Shown here: positions 25,769 to 36,398 of the stretch, one piece after another
Numbering within the stretch: the first letter of the stretch is position 1
How the letters are laid out: every line of letters begins with the position of its first letter
DNA from: Geosiphon pyriformis uo1
Lineage: Eukaryota > Fungi > Glomeromycota
DNA length: 64,000 bases
Direction of reading: 5' to 3'
NCBI GenBank assembly: GCA_016748015.1
Contig: JAAOMT010000591.1
Location: 667,050 to 731,049 of the forward strand
Notes under the pieces: model-generated
Databases searched by the model: none
What the model saw: the letters and a program-made list of their open reading frames with translations, nothing else
Told to the model about the DNA's origin: nothing
Translations under genes and position numbers: made by a program

Positions 25769-27322
25769 ATGGGTAATTACTCATATCTGCCACAGCAATC
25801 AGAAGAACACTTTACAGCATACAACAGAAACGACCTAGATTTTATTGAACTTAATTCTCTGCCCTCCTGCTTGATCTGCTTCCCCCTTGAAGAACAATCC
25901 AGTAGACAATTCCAAGACTTTTGAAACTGGTTCCTGAATAAGCATTCAGCTGAAACCTACACAGCTTATACAACCTATTACTTTAACCAAGCTTATTTTG
26001 AAAATGACTTTGAAGAAAGAAACAACAGTATCAATCAGCTCTTATATTCTGCAACCTTTGAACAACAGCCCCCTGATTTCGAATATCTGAATCATCAAAT
26101 CCACATTTGGATTGCTGCCCATCAAGCAACCAAAACTCCCTTTGAAACAGAAGAAAAAAGCTACCAAACCACCCCTGTTTTTGACCTTTTATCAAGCAAA
26201 TCAGACTTGTCTACACAAACAGTTACCCCTGAACCAATGGCTAATGACCCCATGCAAGCAAACATTTTGGCCGTCCTCTAAGGTATACAAACTGCTCTAG
26301 GAAGAAGAAACAATATCCCACTACCACTATTTAGAAGTGATGTACAAGATTCAATTAAATGGTTGAATGATTTTGAGAGAGCTGCCACAGCCAACCAGTA
26401 TAATGAAAAATACAAGTTTTAAATTGTTGGTGGCTACCTCCAAGGCTCTCCTGCTATCTGGTTTTCACAAGAAACAGATGCCAATGCTCAACACAGAATA
26501 ATCAAATGGACACCAATTAATGCTGGAGAAGAAAATACCTCTTTCACTACCCGATTTGAGGCCAAGTTCAAAACCCCAATATTAATATCAAAATGGCACA
26601 TGGAATTGGAAAAAAAAATCCAAGGTCCTGGAGAAATAGTGACTGAATATGCCAAGGCTATTAGAAAGCCAATCAAACACATAGACTTTGGGAGAAATTG
26701 AACAGAAGAGCAGAAAATTCACTCCTTCACAAAAGGATTGAGAACTGATCTATCATATGCTCTTTGGCCCCTCCTGGCCCTGAAAAATAACCCCACCATG
26801 GATATGACTATTGAATTAGCACAAAGAATTGAAGATAACCAAAGGATGCACTTGGGATCCACACTACCAGTTTTTGCTCCTGCTCCTGTCATGGCTTCTG
26901 TCTCTCAAATGACTGCTACTTCTTTTGCCACTCACACTCAAGATTCAAATAAACAGTTAATAGACAGACTCACAGCAAATCTAGCCCAGTTATTAGAACT
27001 TTTAGCCCAAGCAGTCAGAGAAAATCAACAACCACAAAGACCTAGATTTGAACCACGCTTTAATCAATCCCAGCAATCACCTTATCAAAGACAACAAAAT
27101 CGTGGCCCACCTGTATGCTATCACTGTGGATTAACTGGACACTTTTCAAGAGATTGCAACAATTTTCCACTGCCTCCACCAGTTCCCAAAAACAATGATG
27201 CCCAGAACAACAGATCCAACAACAACAATATTCCCAACCAAAGACCCAATCATGCCAATATCAATTTCTTTGGAGAGGATCCCCTAGTTGAAGCCACTGT
27301 TTATCAGCCTTTAAACTGGTAG
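25769..27322 (+). pseudogene. gag of element F with CCHC knuckle CYHCGLTGHFSRDC
   Basis: Single frame with scattered transition-derived stops. Includes ORF 26738-27322. Confidence 0.88.
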
Positions 27323-27358
27323 GCACACCTCCAAAGGGTAAGAATGCAAGCCAACCAG
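27310..27358 (+). promoter_or_regulatory. Putative -1 ribosomal frameshift signal: T TTA AAC plus downstream stem-loop
   Basis: Heptamer is in X XXY YYZ phase one codon before the gag stop, and pol is in the -1 frame. Conserved in C, G and H. Confidence 0.8.
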
Positions 27359-29981
27359 AAGAAAACCCCTTTTACACTTTTAACTTAATTGATGATGACC
27401 ATGACATGGATGAACTAGCAATCAACCCCTCTGAATCCACAAGAAAGAAGAAGAAAGCCAAAGTTGATTTCGTTCTGGACCCCAATAAAGCTTCTATATC
27501 AACTGCTGACAACAATGAGCCCCCAAAAGCCAAAGTTTTCAAAAACCCTTTAAAGTTGGAACCCCCAGAAATAGTACAAAAATCCGGCCCCTATTCTGTT
27601 GTCAAAGATCTCATGGAAACCCCAGCACATATAATCTTTGGCCAATTGATAACCCATCCACAATTCAGAAAAGATCTTCGCAAATCTCTGATTCCAAAAA
27701 AAAAGACATCCAAAACCAACAAATGCCCTCACCAAGCTGAACTTGCTGACAATAGCAATGTCACTCCTCTAATTTGCAAAGCTCAAGTGGCTGGCTACTT
27801 CATCAATTTGATTCTAGACAGTGGATCATCTGTTAGTGTTATTGCTAAACACTTTCTTAAAGCAATTGGCAGAAAAATTGATGAACCATCCACACGACCA
27901 ATGACCAATGTGCATGGTGATAAGAAGAAAGGGCTTGGCATAGCCAAAGCTATTCCTGTCCACATCAATGGCATCAGCATTGAAACTGATATGGAAGTAT
28001 CTGAAGTGAAAAAATACACCATCATTGTTGACAATGAATGGCTCAAGAAAGCAAAAGCTTTGCTTGATTATAAACTCTGTAAACTAATCATCAGATGTGG
28101 TGAAAAACCCATTGTGGTTAAGTGTCACTATTGGACAACTCCTCTAGTACCCAAGCAGAGCCCAGAAGAAAATGAATCAGACAAATCAGATGATAAAAAA
28201 AGTGAGAAAGAAGAAGAACAAGAAGAAACTGCTGAACTCACCTATACCATCTTCACCAGCAATGGCAAACCACTGGATAATGTCAAGGCAGATAAAGAAG
28301 GAATCATTATTAATAGCAAGCTGATCTGCTGGTCTTATTATAACATGCTCAGAAGAATCTTTAACAGAAAGCCAAATACAGTTATTGGTGGCATGGTCCT
28401 TGTGCCTGGTGCTGGTGCAACAAACTATTGTATTCTCCAAGCAATGAATGCATGTTCTGCCTGATCTATTACAAAGATTGGGAACCAATCAGTTTGATAT
28501 CCCGAGAGGAAATAAAAAAAGTCCAAAAGTCCTTTAAAAACGAACCACCTGAAATCTAATCACTGGTTGTAGAACAAAAAAAACCCTCTCCAGAAGAAAG
28601 AAAGATAGACATTGAAAACCTGCTGGCTAGAAACAGCCCAGTTATCTTAAAAGAAGGTGAACCTTCTGGACATACACATGTGATACAACACACCATCATC
28701 ACCAGAGAAACTCGCCCCATCCATTTGAAGCCTTATCAATCCAACCGGCACAATGATAAGTTTATCAAAAAGGAAATAACCCGAATGAAAAACCTTGGAT
28801 TCATACAGGAAACCAAGAGTGAATGGGCATTCCTGGTTGTAGTGGTATCCAAAAAAGAAGGAACCTTATGCTTTTGTGTTGACTATTGCCAATTAAATAT
28901 CATCACTGAAAGAGACATGTACCCACTTCCCAAGATTGATGCAATGCTAGACCAATTCTATGGTGCCACTTTCTTCTCAACCATTGATTTAACTGCTGGA
29001 TTCTAGCAAGTAGAAATGGATTCAGAAAGCAGAAAGAAAACTGCCTTCATTACCAAGTATGGCACCTATGAATTCACAGTCATGCCTTTTGGTCTTACAA
29101 ATGCTCTTCCTACCTTTCAACGCTTAATGGACAAAGTATTTGAATCAGTAAAAGAAAACTTTGTTCTAGTCTACTTGGATGACATAATAGTATACTCAAA
29201 AACCTGGGATGAACACCTTGAACATTTGCAAAAGGTTTTTGATCTCCTTAGAAATGCTGGTCTCAAAATCAATCCAATCAAATTATTCTTTGGACATCAA
29301 TTCACCCAGTTTCTTGGCCATCTTATTACAAAAGATGGAATCTTCCCTGATTTAGCCAAAATTGAAAAAGTTCAAAACATTAGACAACCAATAAATGTTC
29401 ATGAACTACACTCTTTTCTTGGTTTGGCCTCTTATTATCGCAAGTTTGTCAAGGATTTCTCCAAAATCACCGCTCCTCTCAATCAGCTACTTAAGAAAAA
29501 CATCAATTATCACTGAGGCACTCATCAACAAAAAGCATTTGAAATTCTGAAGGAAAAACTGGTTACAGAACCCATTCTCATGCAACCTAATCTGGATTGA
29601 CCTTTTATCTTCCATACTAATACAACTGGCTATGGACTTGGTGCTGTTCTTTCCCAGAAAGATAAAGATGGCAGGGAACATGCCATAGCATATGTCAGTA
29701 GAACTCTCACACCAGCAAAAAGGAACTACTCAGTCACTGAGCAAGAATGCTTAGCAGTAGTTTGGGCTACCAGCTACTGGGACAAATATTTTAAGGGTGT
29801 AAAATTTTTGGTGGTAACAGATCACCAAGCTTTGGTTTGGCTATGCAACAAAAGAAACCTGGAACATAAATGGATAACTTGCTGAATATTCCACTTGGAT
29901 GAATTTGACTATGACATTCAACACTGCAAAAGAGCTAATCATCAAAATGCCGATGCTCTTTCCAGACTTACCATCCAGTGA
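27310..29981 (+). pseudogene. pol (PR-RT-RNase H) of element F
   Basis: [42 protein letters not shown]. Confidence 0.92.
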
Positions 29982-30047
29982 TAGTAAAACCCTTTCAAAC
30001 CAAACCAACTTAATTATTTGTAACTTACCCCACAAACAAACACAATA

Positions 30048-31361
30048 ATGGACTTGGACAACTACTCTGCCTTAATGAAATTTTTGGGTAAAGGACAATA
30101 TCCGCCGGACTATACTCGACAGCAAAGAGAACATTTGCGCAAACAATCAAATTTCTATTTGATTCACCAGAACCAGTTATATAAAAGAAATAGAAAAGAT
30201 CTTGACTGCCTCCAGAGAGTCATCAGATTTGAAGAAAAAGAAATTGTGATCTACAATATGCACACTGATCCATTAGCTAGACACTTTAGAAAAACAAAAA
30301 TGATCCAGAAAACTTTAGCTCACTATTATTGGCTTACCTTGGGAAAAGACATTGCTGAATACATCAAAACCTGTGATACCTGCCAAAGAAGAAGAAAATC
30401 CAATCACAAGGAAGATATCCATCCAATCTCTGTTGGTCAACCATTTGACAGAATTGGTATAGATGTTGTTAGACTTTTAACAGTAACTTCTGATGGCAAC
30501 AGATACATTATTACAGCTACCAACTATCTTACAAAGTGAGTAAAAGCAAGAGCCACTCCAGACCAAATAGCAGCCTCAATAGCCAATTTCATTTATGAAG
30601 ATATTATTTGTCGTCATGGCTGCCTCAAAGAACTTTTATCTGACAGAAGAAGAGCTTTTCTTAATACACTGGTTGAAGAACTTTGCAGAAAAATGGGAAT
30701 ACGTCATAAACTCTCTTCCCCTTATCACCCTCAAACAAATGGCCTAGTAAAACATTTCAATAGAACACTATGTGAAACCCTAGCCAAAACCAATGAAGAA
30801 ACCAATCTATAGGACAAAGTATTGCCTTCAGCTTTGTTTGCCTACAGAACTGTGAATCATGACATAACAAGTTATGAACCCTTTTATTTGCTCTATAGAC
30901 AAATGGCAACTCTACCAATAGAAACAGATATAGAAACAATACCTTTTGAAGAAATAACAATAAGAGATTACAAAGACATTTTGCAAAGAAGACTTGGTAC
31001 TATTCTTGACTCATTGGTAGAAGCACAAATAATTGCCTTTGAAAAGATAAAACAGTTCCAAAAGAAGCTCAAAAAGAAAAAGACCTATAAAACACTTTCC
31101 TTAAGTGTTGGTGACTTAGTTTTGGAATACCATTCAGACAGAGACAATGTTTATGGTGATAAATTCTCCAGCTGCTGGAAAGGACCTTTTATAGTCAACA
31201 AAGTTTTGAACAATGGTTCATATATCCTACAAGATCAATATGGAACAATATTCAGTGATCGCCCAGTTCATGGCACGTGACTCAAGAAATATCACAAACA
31301 ACCTAATTGGTTACCTATTGTGGTAATACCAACCCAAATGATCAGCAAAAATCAGATATAA
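30048..31361 (+). pseudogene. Stand-alone integrase ORF of element F (437 codons, one frame)
   Basis: ATG GAC start. ORFs 30048-30539 and 30822-31280 are in frame. HHCC, DDE region, WKGPF. Confidence 0.9.
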
Positions 31362-31402
31362 ATAAATGCACTATTCCCAAAACAGAGGTATCTTCAATCG
31401 AC

Positions 31403-32059
31403 ATGAACAATTATTTTTTAGATCAAAACATTCAAAATGCTTTCTACACTCTCCATGAGTACTGGATCAAAAATTATCCAAATGCTACCCTGACTATTGG
31501 AAAACAAACCACCATAATAGACAACAATGGAACTTATACTGTTATCAGACCAAAGAAAACAACTACCAGAAGGAAAAAAATTGGTAGCAAAATGGATAAA
31601 TACCTGCTGGAAAGCATAACAGCAGTGATACTTTTACCTTCCAGCACAATTGGAAAAATAATACAAGAAATCTTGCCCATAGACAAAAACTTGTCATATG
31701 AAAGACAACTAGAACTCTATGGTCATCTTGGTGAAATCATAGAAGACATGAAGCTCATGAAGAAAACAACTTCAGAGATACAAGTGGAAATTTTGGGCAT
31801 TATATGATTAGATGTCCCAAGAGTTTTGACCATTGCTAAAAGAGCCAGAACTCTTATACAAAGATTTGGTCTCTTGAATACAAAACTTATTTCACCTCAA
31901 GTATTATATACCTTATCTACAAAAGACTTCAACAAACTAGTTAGTTTTGAGTTAGACAAAACCCTTCACATAGACTATCCCATAAATAGCTTGATTTCGC
32001 CAGAGCTCAATCTCTTTGAAAAGGATGATGTTACGGTTAAAACCCATAGTTTTTATTAG
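31403..32059 (+). pseudogene. ORF3 of element F (218 codons, one internal TGA), ends in the 3' LTR
   Basis: ORFs 31307-31807 and 31826-32059 are in the same frame. Homologues in B, C, G and J. Confidence 0.8.
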
Positions 32060-33496
32060 TTATCACATGTATTAGCCACTGATGTCATATAATTAGCCAC
32101 CCTATTTTTAGATAGTGATTGTTGACCTGATCAATGACCTGACTGTTGACTTGATCATTGATCACTTTAGATAAATATATAAGCAATGATTCTTTTAGCT
32201 GTAGAAAGACATAATCAAAGTAACGAAATAAAACAATATCAATTACTTCCTCTCATATCGCTTATTTCCCCTTTCTTTATCTTCAAGTATCTACTTGTTG
32301 GTATTCACATACTTTATCTTTTCCTCTTCTTGATTTGTATTTATTAGAATTAGCCTGAGAAGCAATTGGCTTGCTCTTGTAATTCATTGAATAAAGAAAC
32401 GATTGAAAAGCACAATGATACCTGTTATTGATTCTAAGAATTGCTGAGTTGAGGCATAGAATAATAGCAGCAGTGTTATCTTGTTGACAATCACGGACTA
32501 TTCCTCTACCTTCAAATTTAAGAAAAGATTAGCGACTGTGATTTTTATGAGACTGATCACGCACATTGAATTCTTACTCATTCAATTCACTCCCTTATTG
32601 TAATTCCCTCTTTGTTTATTTCCATCACCATACAATACTGTTCTCCCTTGCTATTCATTAGCTTGTTACTCCAACCCGTAACAATACTTTATAATAAATA
32701 CAGTTTTCTTAAATCCATCTTTACTTGTTAAAATTTAACAGTTAAGTTAATGATTAAAAAAAAAGCAGCATTATGAAATTTATTTAATATTGCATCAATT
32801 TTAGAAAGTAAATATATGTTTCTTTTAATGATAATATTTAATTGGTAATAGTTAATACAGAAACATAAGATTCTATCTTTTTTGAAAATTACTACTACTA
32901 AAACATTTATTCATTCTTGGTTTTTTGTATGAACCCAAGTTTTTTTATTCAATCTATTTTTTTTTGATAAATTTATATTAAATATGCATCTTATTATTTG
33001 CAATTAAAATAAACTTCACTTTGTTAAAACATAATAATAAAAAATTTAAAAAATTGCTTTATTAATTTAAAAACTCTTATAATTTATAGCAATATCACAT
33101 TTCAAAAATCTAAATTGTAAAATAATGGCTTTCTATCGATTTCCCATAGCTGAAATTTACAAATGGAAGATCCTAGAGAAAATATTAAATCGTGAAATTA
33201 CAATTCAGAAGACATTGAGCGAAAAAAGAATTACAGATTATCATAAGGAATAATGAACACACATTGATAAATCTAAGGTAGATGTAATTTTATATAATTA
33301 ATTAATCCAAAATGACGAAATCCGGCTATTTTGTACTCGTATCCGGAACCGTTTTGATGATTGGATCTAAAATAAAGAAGCTTGACTTCACGTTAAATGA
33401 CGACGGATAAGCTTGTAAAGAATCGGGAGAAATGGAAAATATTCTGCGAATAAACTTTAATGGATTAAAGGGAAAAGAAAAGAATGCACAACTCAG

Positions 33497-33503
33497 AAAA
33501 AAA
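33497..33503 (-). terminator. T7 run, candidate Pol III terminator of the RNase P RNA gene
   Basis: A7 on the plus strand, 16 nt past the predicted mature 3' end. Confidence 0.55.
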
Positions 33504-33519
33504 GATGGTTTCTTGAAGG

Positions 33520-33839
33520 GCCCGAACGGAAGAGTAGTCTGAATTGAGTTGCATCATATTATGATGTCTTGTGTATTGCACTTCATAGCACTACCACCGA
33601 TGAACCGCGTTTCACCCACTCCTGACTCAGATATAATCCATCTTATCCATTCATGGATAAAACTTCACGTACCAAGTCAGGAGGGTATCGTTTCTGGTAA
33701 TTCACCCCACGTTTTCACGTGAGTCCCAAGCTAGAGACGAATTTTGGTTTTTCTCAGACCTTCCCAAGGGTGAAGAAGACGTAACAAGTAGCCTTGCACG
33801 TCTGTATGTTTGCCCTTAACACAAGCTTCCCGTTCGGGC
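33520..33839 (-). ncRNA. RPR1: Nuclear RNase P RNA (~320 nt)
   Basis: On the minus strand: P1 GCCCGAACGGGAAG pairs with CTTCCGTTCGGGC; P2 CTTGTGT/ACACAAG; CR-I CCCTTGGGAAGGTCTGAGA; CR-II ACCAGAAACG; CR-III TGAAAC; CR-IV AGTGCAAT; CR-V AACTCAATTCAGACTACTC. P4 GTCTGA/TCAGAC and P12 CTCCTGACT/AGTCAGGAG. Confidence 0.93.
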
Positions 33840-34098
33840 TGAGACGGAATAAAAAGAAAGAAGGGGGTGAATGGCTCACAATGAAGATACTACACCACTT
33901 TTTATTTCAAGATGAGGTGCACAACAATCTTCTTTTGATAGCCAGGAGTAAAGGGAATTGGATAGAAAAGGATTCATAATAAAAACCGAGAATATGAGAG
34001 GAAAAGATGTGATGTCATACAACAAACAAAGCTGATTTATTCGCAGAAAATACTTCCGAAATTCAAATAATCAAAAGTTGACTCATCTTGAGTTATCA

Positions 34099-35053
34099 TC
34101 ATCCACTCTCGATCATTCTCAATAAAACAGTCACAAGTTTCATAAATTCAGTATATTGTTGTTCGGAGAATTCATCGTCACTGAACCTCGCGCGCTCATA
34201 GCCCTCAATATATAGATGGCCAATTCGACGGTCAATCATATTGTGTTCAATAAGGAAATCAATGTAGCGTTGAATTGAAATCGAGTGTTGGCGTCGTAGT
34301 AGTGAAGAACGTTGAATAGCAGCTTGTTCTATTATATCTGGTGTTTGAGATATAGAAGTCTTGAAGTGAATATCAGCCAAAGAAGAATCTGTAGTAAAAT
34401 TTCAGAAAGGGAATTAGCTGATTTTGATTCATTGCATCTTTCCAAGGCATTAATAGATATCATTCTGCTCAAAAATACCAGGTCGTCCCCAACCAGGTTG
34501 TCCGCCATCTTCGACCCGAGGTTCAGCTTCAAATGCGATCTTTGATACTCGAGTTAGTTCAGAAGTTATAAAGCTATGGACTGACTATAAATAAAAGGTG
34601 ATTTTACTCAAATAGGCGTTTATTGTGACATACTACTAGTGTAGGGTTAAGAAAAATGAAAGTTTTAGATCCATACCTTTGGGAGGTCCTTAGCATTTAT
34701 AGGAAGAGAGGATTTTGGAATCGTAGAATTGGCTTTTTTCAAGTAATTGATGCGATAAAATCCAATAATAATCGCGAAAAAAGCCTAAACGAGTAGTTAT
34801 TTTGGTCGTAATTGGTGACAGTTTACTTAGTCAATGACTTTTGATGGTGATAATTAAGTATTATACTTGAGAGTTCGCTTACTATTGAGATGTATATACC
34901 AATTACGAATCCCAAATAAGGCCATGGGCATGTTTTAAAACTGGTTTGCCTTATAATGTCGAAGGCAGCGACAAACAGCGCAGCTAAGGTCAGTATTCCA
35001 AGGAAAAAGAGTGAACTTGTGTACAATCTGTTACCCAGTTCATTTTCTTCCAT
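34099..35053 (-). CDS. DLT1: DLT1-like (defect at low temperature 1) two-TM membrane protein, 224 aa; exons 35053-34883, 34784-34677, 34584-34479, 34388-34099
   Basis: GT-AG introns give a continuous 675-nt frame. Two N-terminal TM helices, IPKSSLPI...DLPK, PGWGRP and YERARFS...EFMKL motifs fit the fungal Dlt1 family as I recall it. Confidence 0.78.
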
Positions 35054-35353
35054 CTACGGAAAGGTGAAGAGTCAAAAGAGAGGGGTGAAGGTGATGGATG
35101 ATGGGAAGAAAAGATCGAAACACAATGGAAAAATGGGAGAAAGTAAATTTTTGTCGTCCAAGGCAGCTGATAGAAGGGCGATCACCTGTAATCTATCCAA
35201 TCAGGTTTTCAGTTCTAAATTTCCTGATTCTTTTCAAGCTGAGCCTGCCAATGAAATCTATCCACGACTGCTTACTTATTTGCTTCTGGTCTCAACTAGC
35301 TTTTGATTAGAACTTGGCTTCTGTTCTACCAATTAAACTCTAAAATATTTGCC
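35054..35353. promoter_or_regulatory. Probable bidirectional promoter between DLT1-like and SPC3
   Basis: Divergent start codons 300 bp apart. Confidence 0.6.
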
Positions 35354-36125
35354 ATGTACAATCTCGTTCAACGCGCCAACTCAATATTTGCTTTTGCAAT
35401 GACGGTTATATTTGGTCTGTTAGGTGCTGTTGCATTCGTCACACCATACCTACCATCTTCACCTACAGCCCAAATTGACATACAAAACCTTCAGGTCGGG
35501 ATATATGAGTATGGGGGGAGTTGGAATGAATTTGCGTTTGCTTTAATGGATGTTGATGCTGGTAATTCTATTATTAAATTGGTTTGGTTTTTCATGTCAT
35601 TGAATCTAATGCCTTTGGATTCGCCTCTCTTAAGAACAGATTTGACATCTCTTTTTAATTGGAATGCGAAACAATTGTTTGTTACAATAGTAGCCGAGTA
35701 CGAGTCGATGACACATGTGTGTAAACCTTCTTTTTGCTTCGATTCATTTCATTAAAAAGTTGCTTAATAATCTTTGTTTTTTTAATATTTTATTGAATGG
35801 GATAAAAAAGGACACAAATCAAGTTGTGATATGGGACATCGTCATTCGATCGAAGGAAGATGCCCATATAGCATTAAAGCAAGTTCGAAACAAATATAAT
35901 TTCCATGATATAACTCCGAGTTTGAGGTGAATTCCATTTAACCTTCCACATAAATTCTCCTTAATATTTTATAATTTACACTTACTTGTTTTTTCCAGCG
36001 GATTGAACGCCACTTATTCTTTACATTGGGATATAATGCCTCATGTTGGTGGTTTGAGAAATGGCGTGATAAAAGCAATCAAGGGGATCAAGTTTCCTGC
36101 ACCTGAAAATGAGCCACCCATGTAA
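35354..36125 (+). CDS. SPC3: Signal peptidase complex subunit 3 (SPC22/23), 175 aa; exons 35354-35561, 35640-35716, 35811-35926, 35999-36125
   Basis: MYNLVQRAN...TM, ADLTSLFNWNAKQLFV, NQVVIWD, KY, LHWDIMPHVG. GT-AG introns give a 528-nt frame. Confidence 0.93.
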
Positions 36126-36398
36126 ATAGAATATTACGAAATAAAAGAAAGTCAAATGAAAGCAGACGATACGAATTAATTAGACTACCGAGGTCTCTAA
36201 TTTCCAAGATTCTTCCTTGTAATATATCTACTCTCTTGGTTGTGAAATATGGAAAGTCCCTTCTCTAAATTGCCGAACATCTGACAAAACTTCTGTGGAT
36301 AGTTTGATCAACTTCCCAAAGATATATTAAATAATTATCAGAATCTATTAACTTGAGGAAGATTCAAGAGAGGACAGGATATCTTCCTTACTATATTT

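Larger units (their letters stand above)
24978..32683 (+). mobile_element. Element F: full-length, un-nested, least decayed Fam3 LTR retrotransposon
   Basis: Perfect TSD ATAC at 24974-24977 and 32684-32687. LTRs 24978-25716 and 32029-32683. PBS 25723-25739. PPT GAAAAGGATGA. Confidence 0.95.

Noticed and set aside
27299-27336. 38-nt GT..AG intron that would fuse gag and pol in Fam3
   Set aside because: It is shorter than the host introns here and has no clear branch point. A correctly phased slippery heptamer plus hairpin explains the junction better, though splicing is not fully excluded.
31403-32059. ORF3 as a retroviral env
   Set aside because: It is too short and has no signal peptide, fusion peptide or TM anchor.
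32688-33300. AT-rich stretch with a short ATG-initiated segment near 33125
   Set aside because: No supportable coding or repeat signal; treated as intergenic.
33794-33979. 61-aa ORF on the plus strand
   Set aside because: It has a TTG start, no motifs, and lies antisense to the RNase P RNA 5' end.
34956-35310. Plus-strand ORFs overlapping the DLT1 start and promoter
   Set aside because: They have no recognisable motifs. SPC3 begins at ATG 35354.
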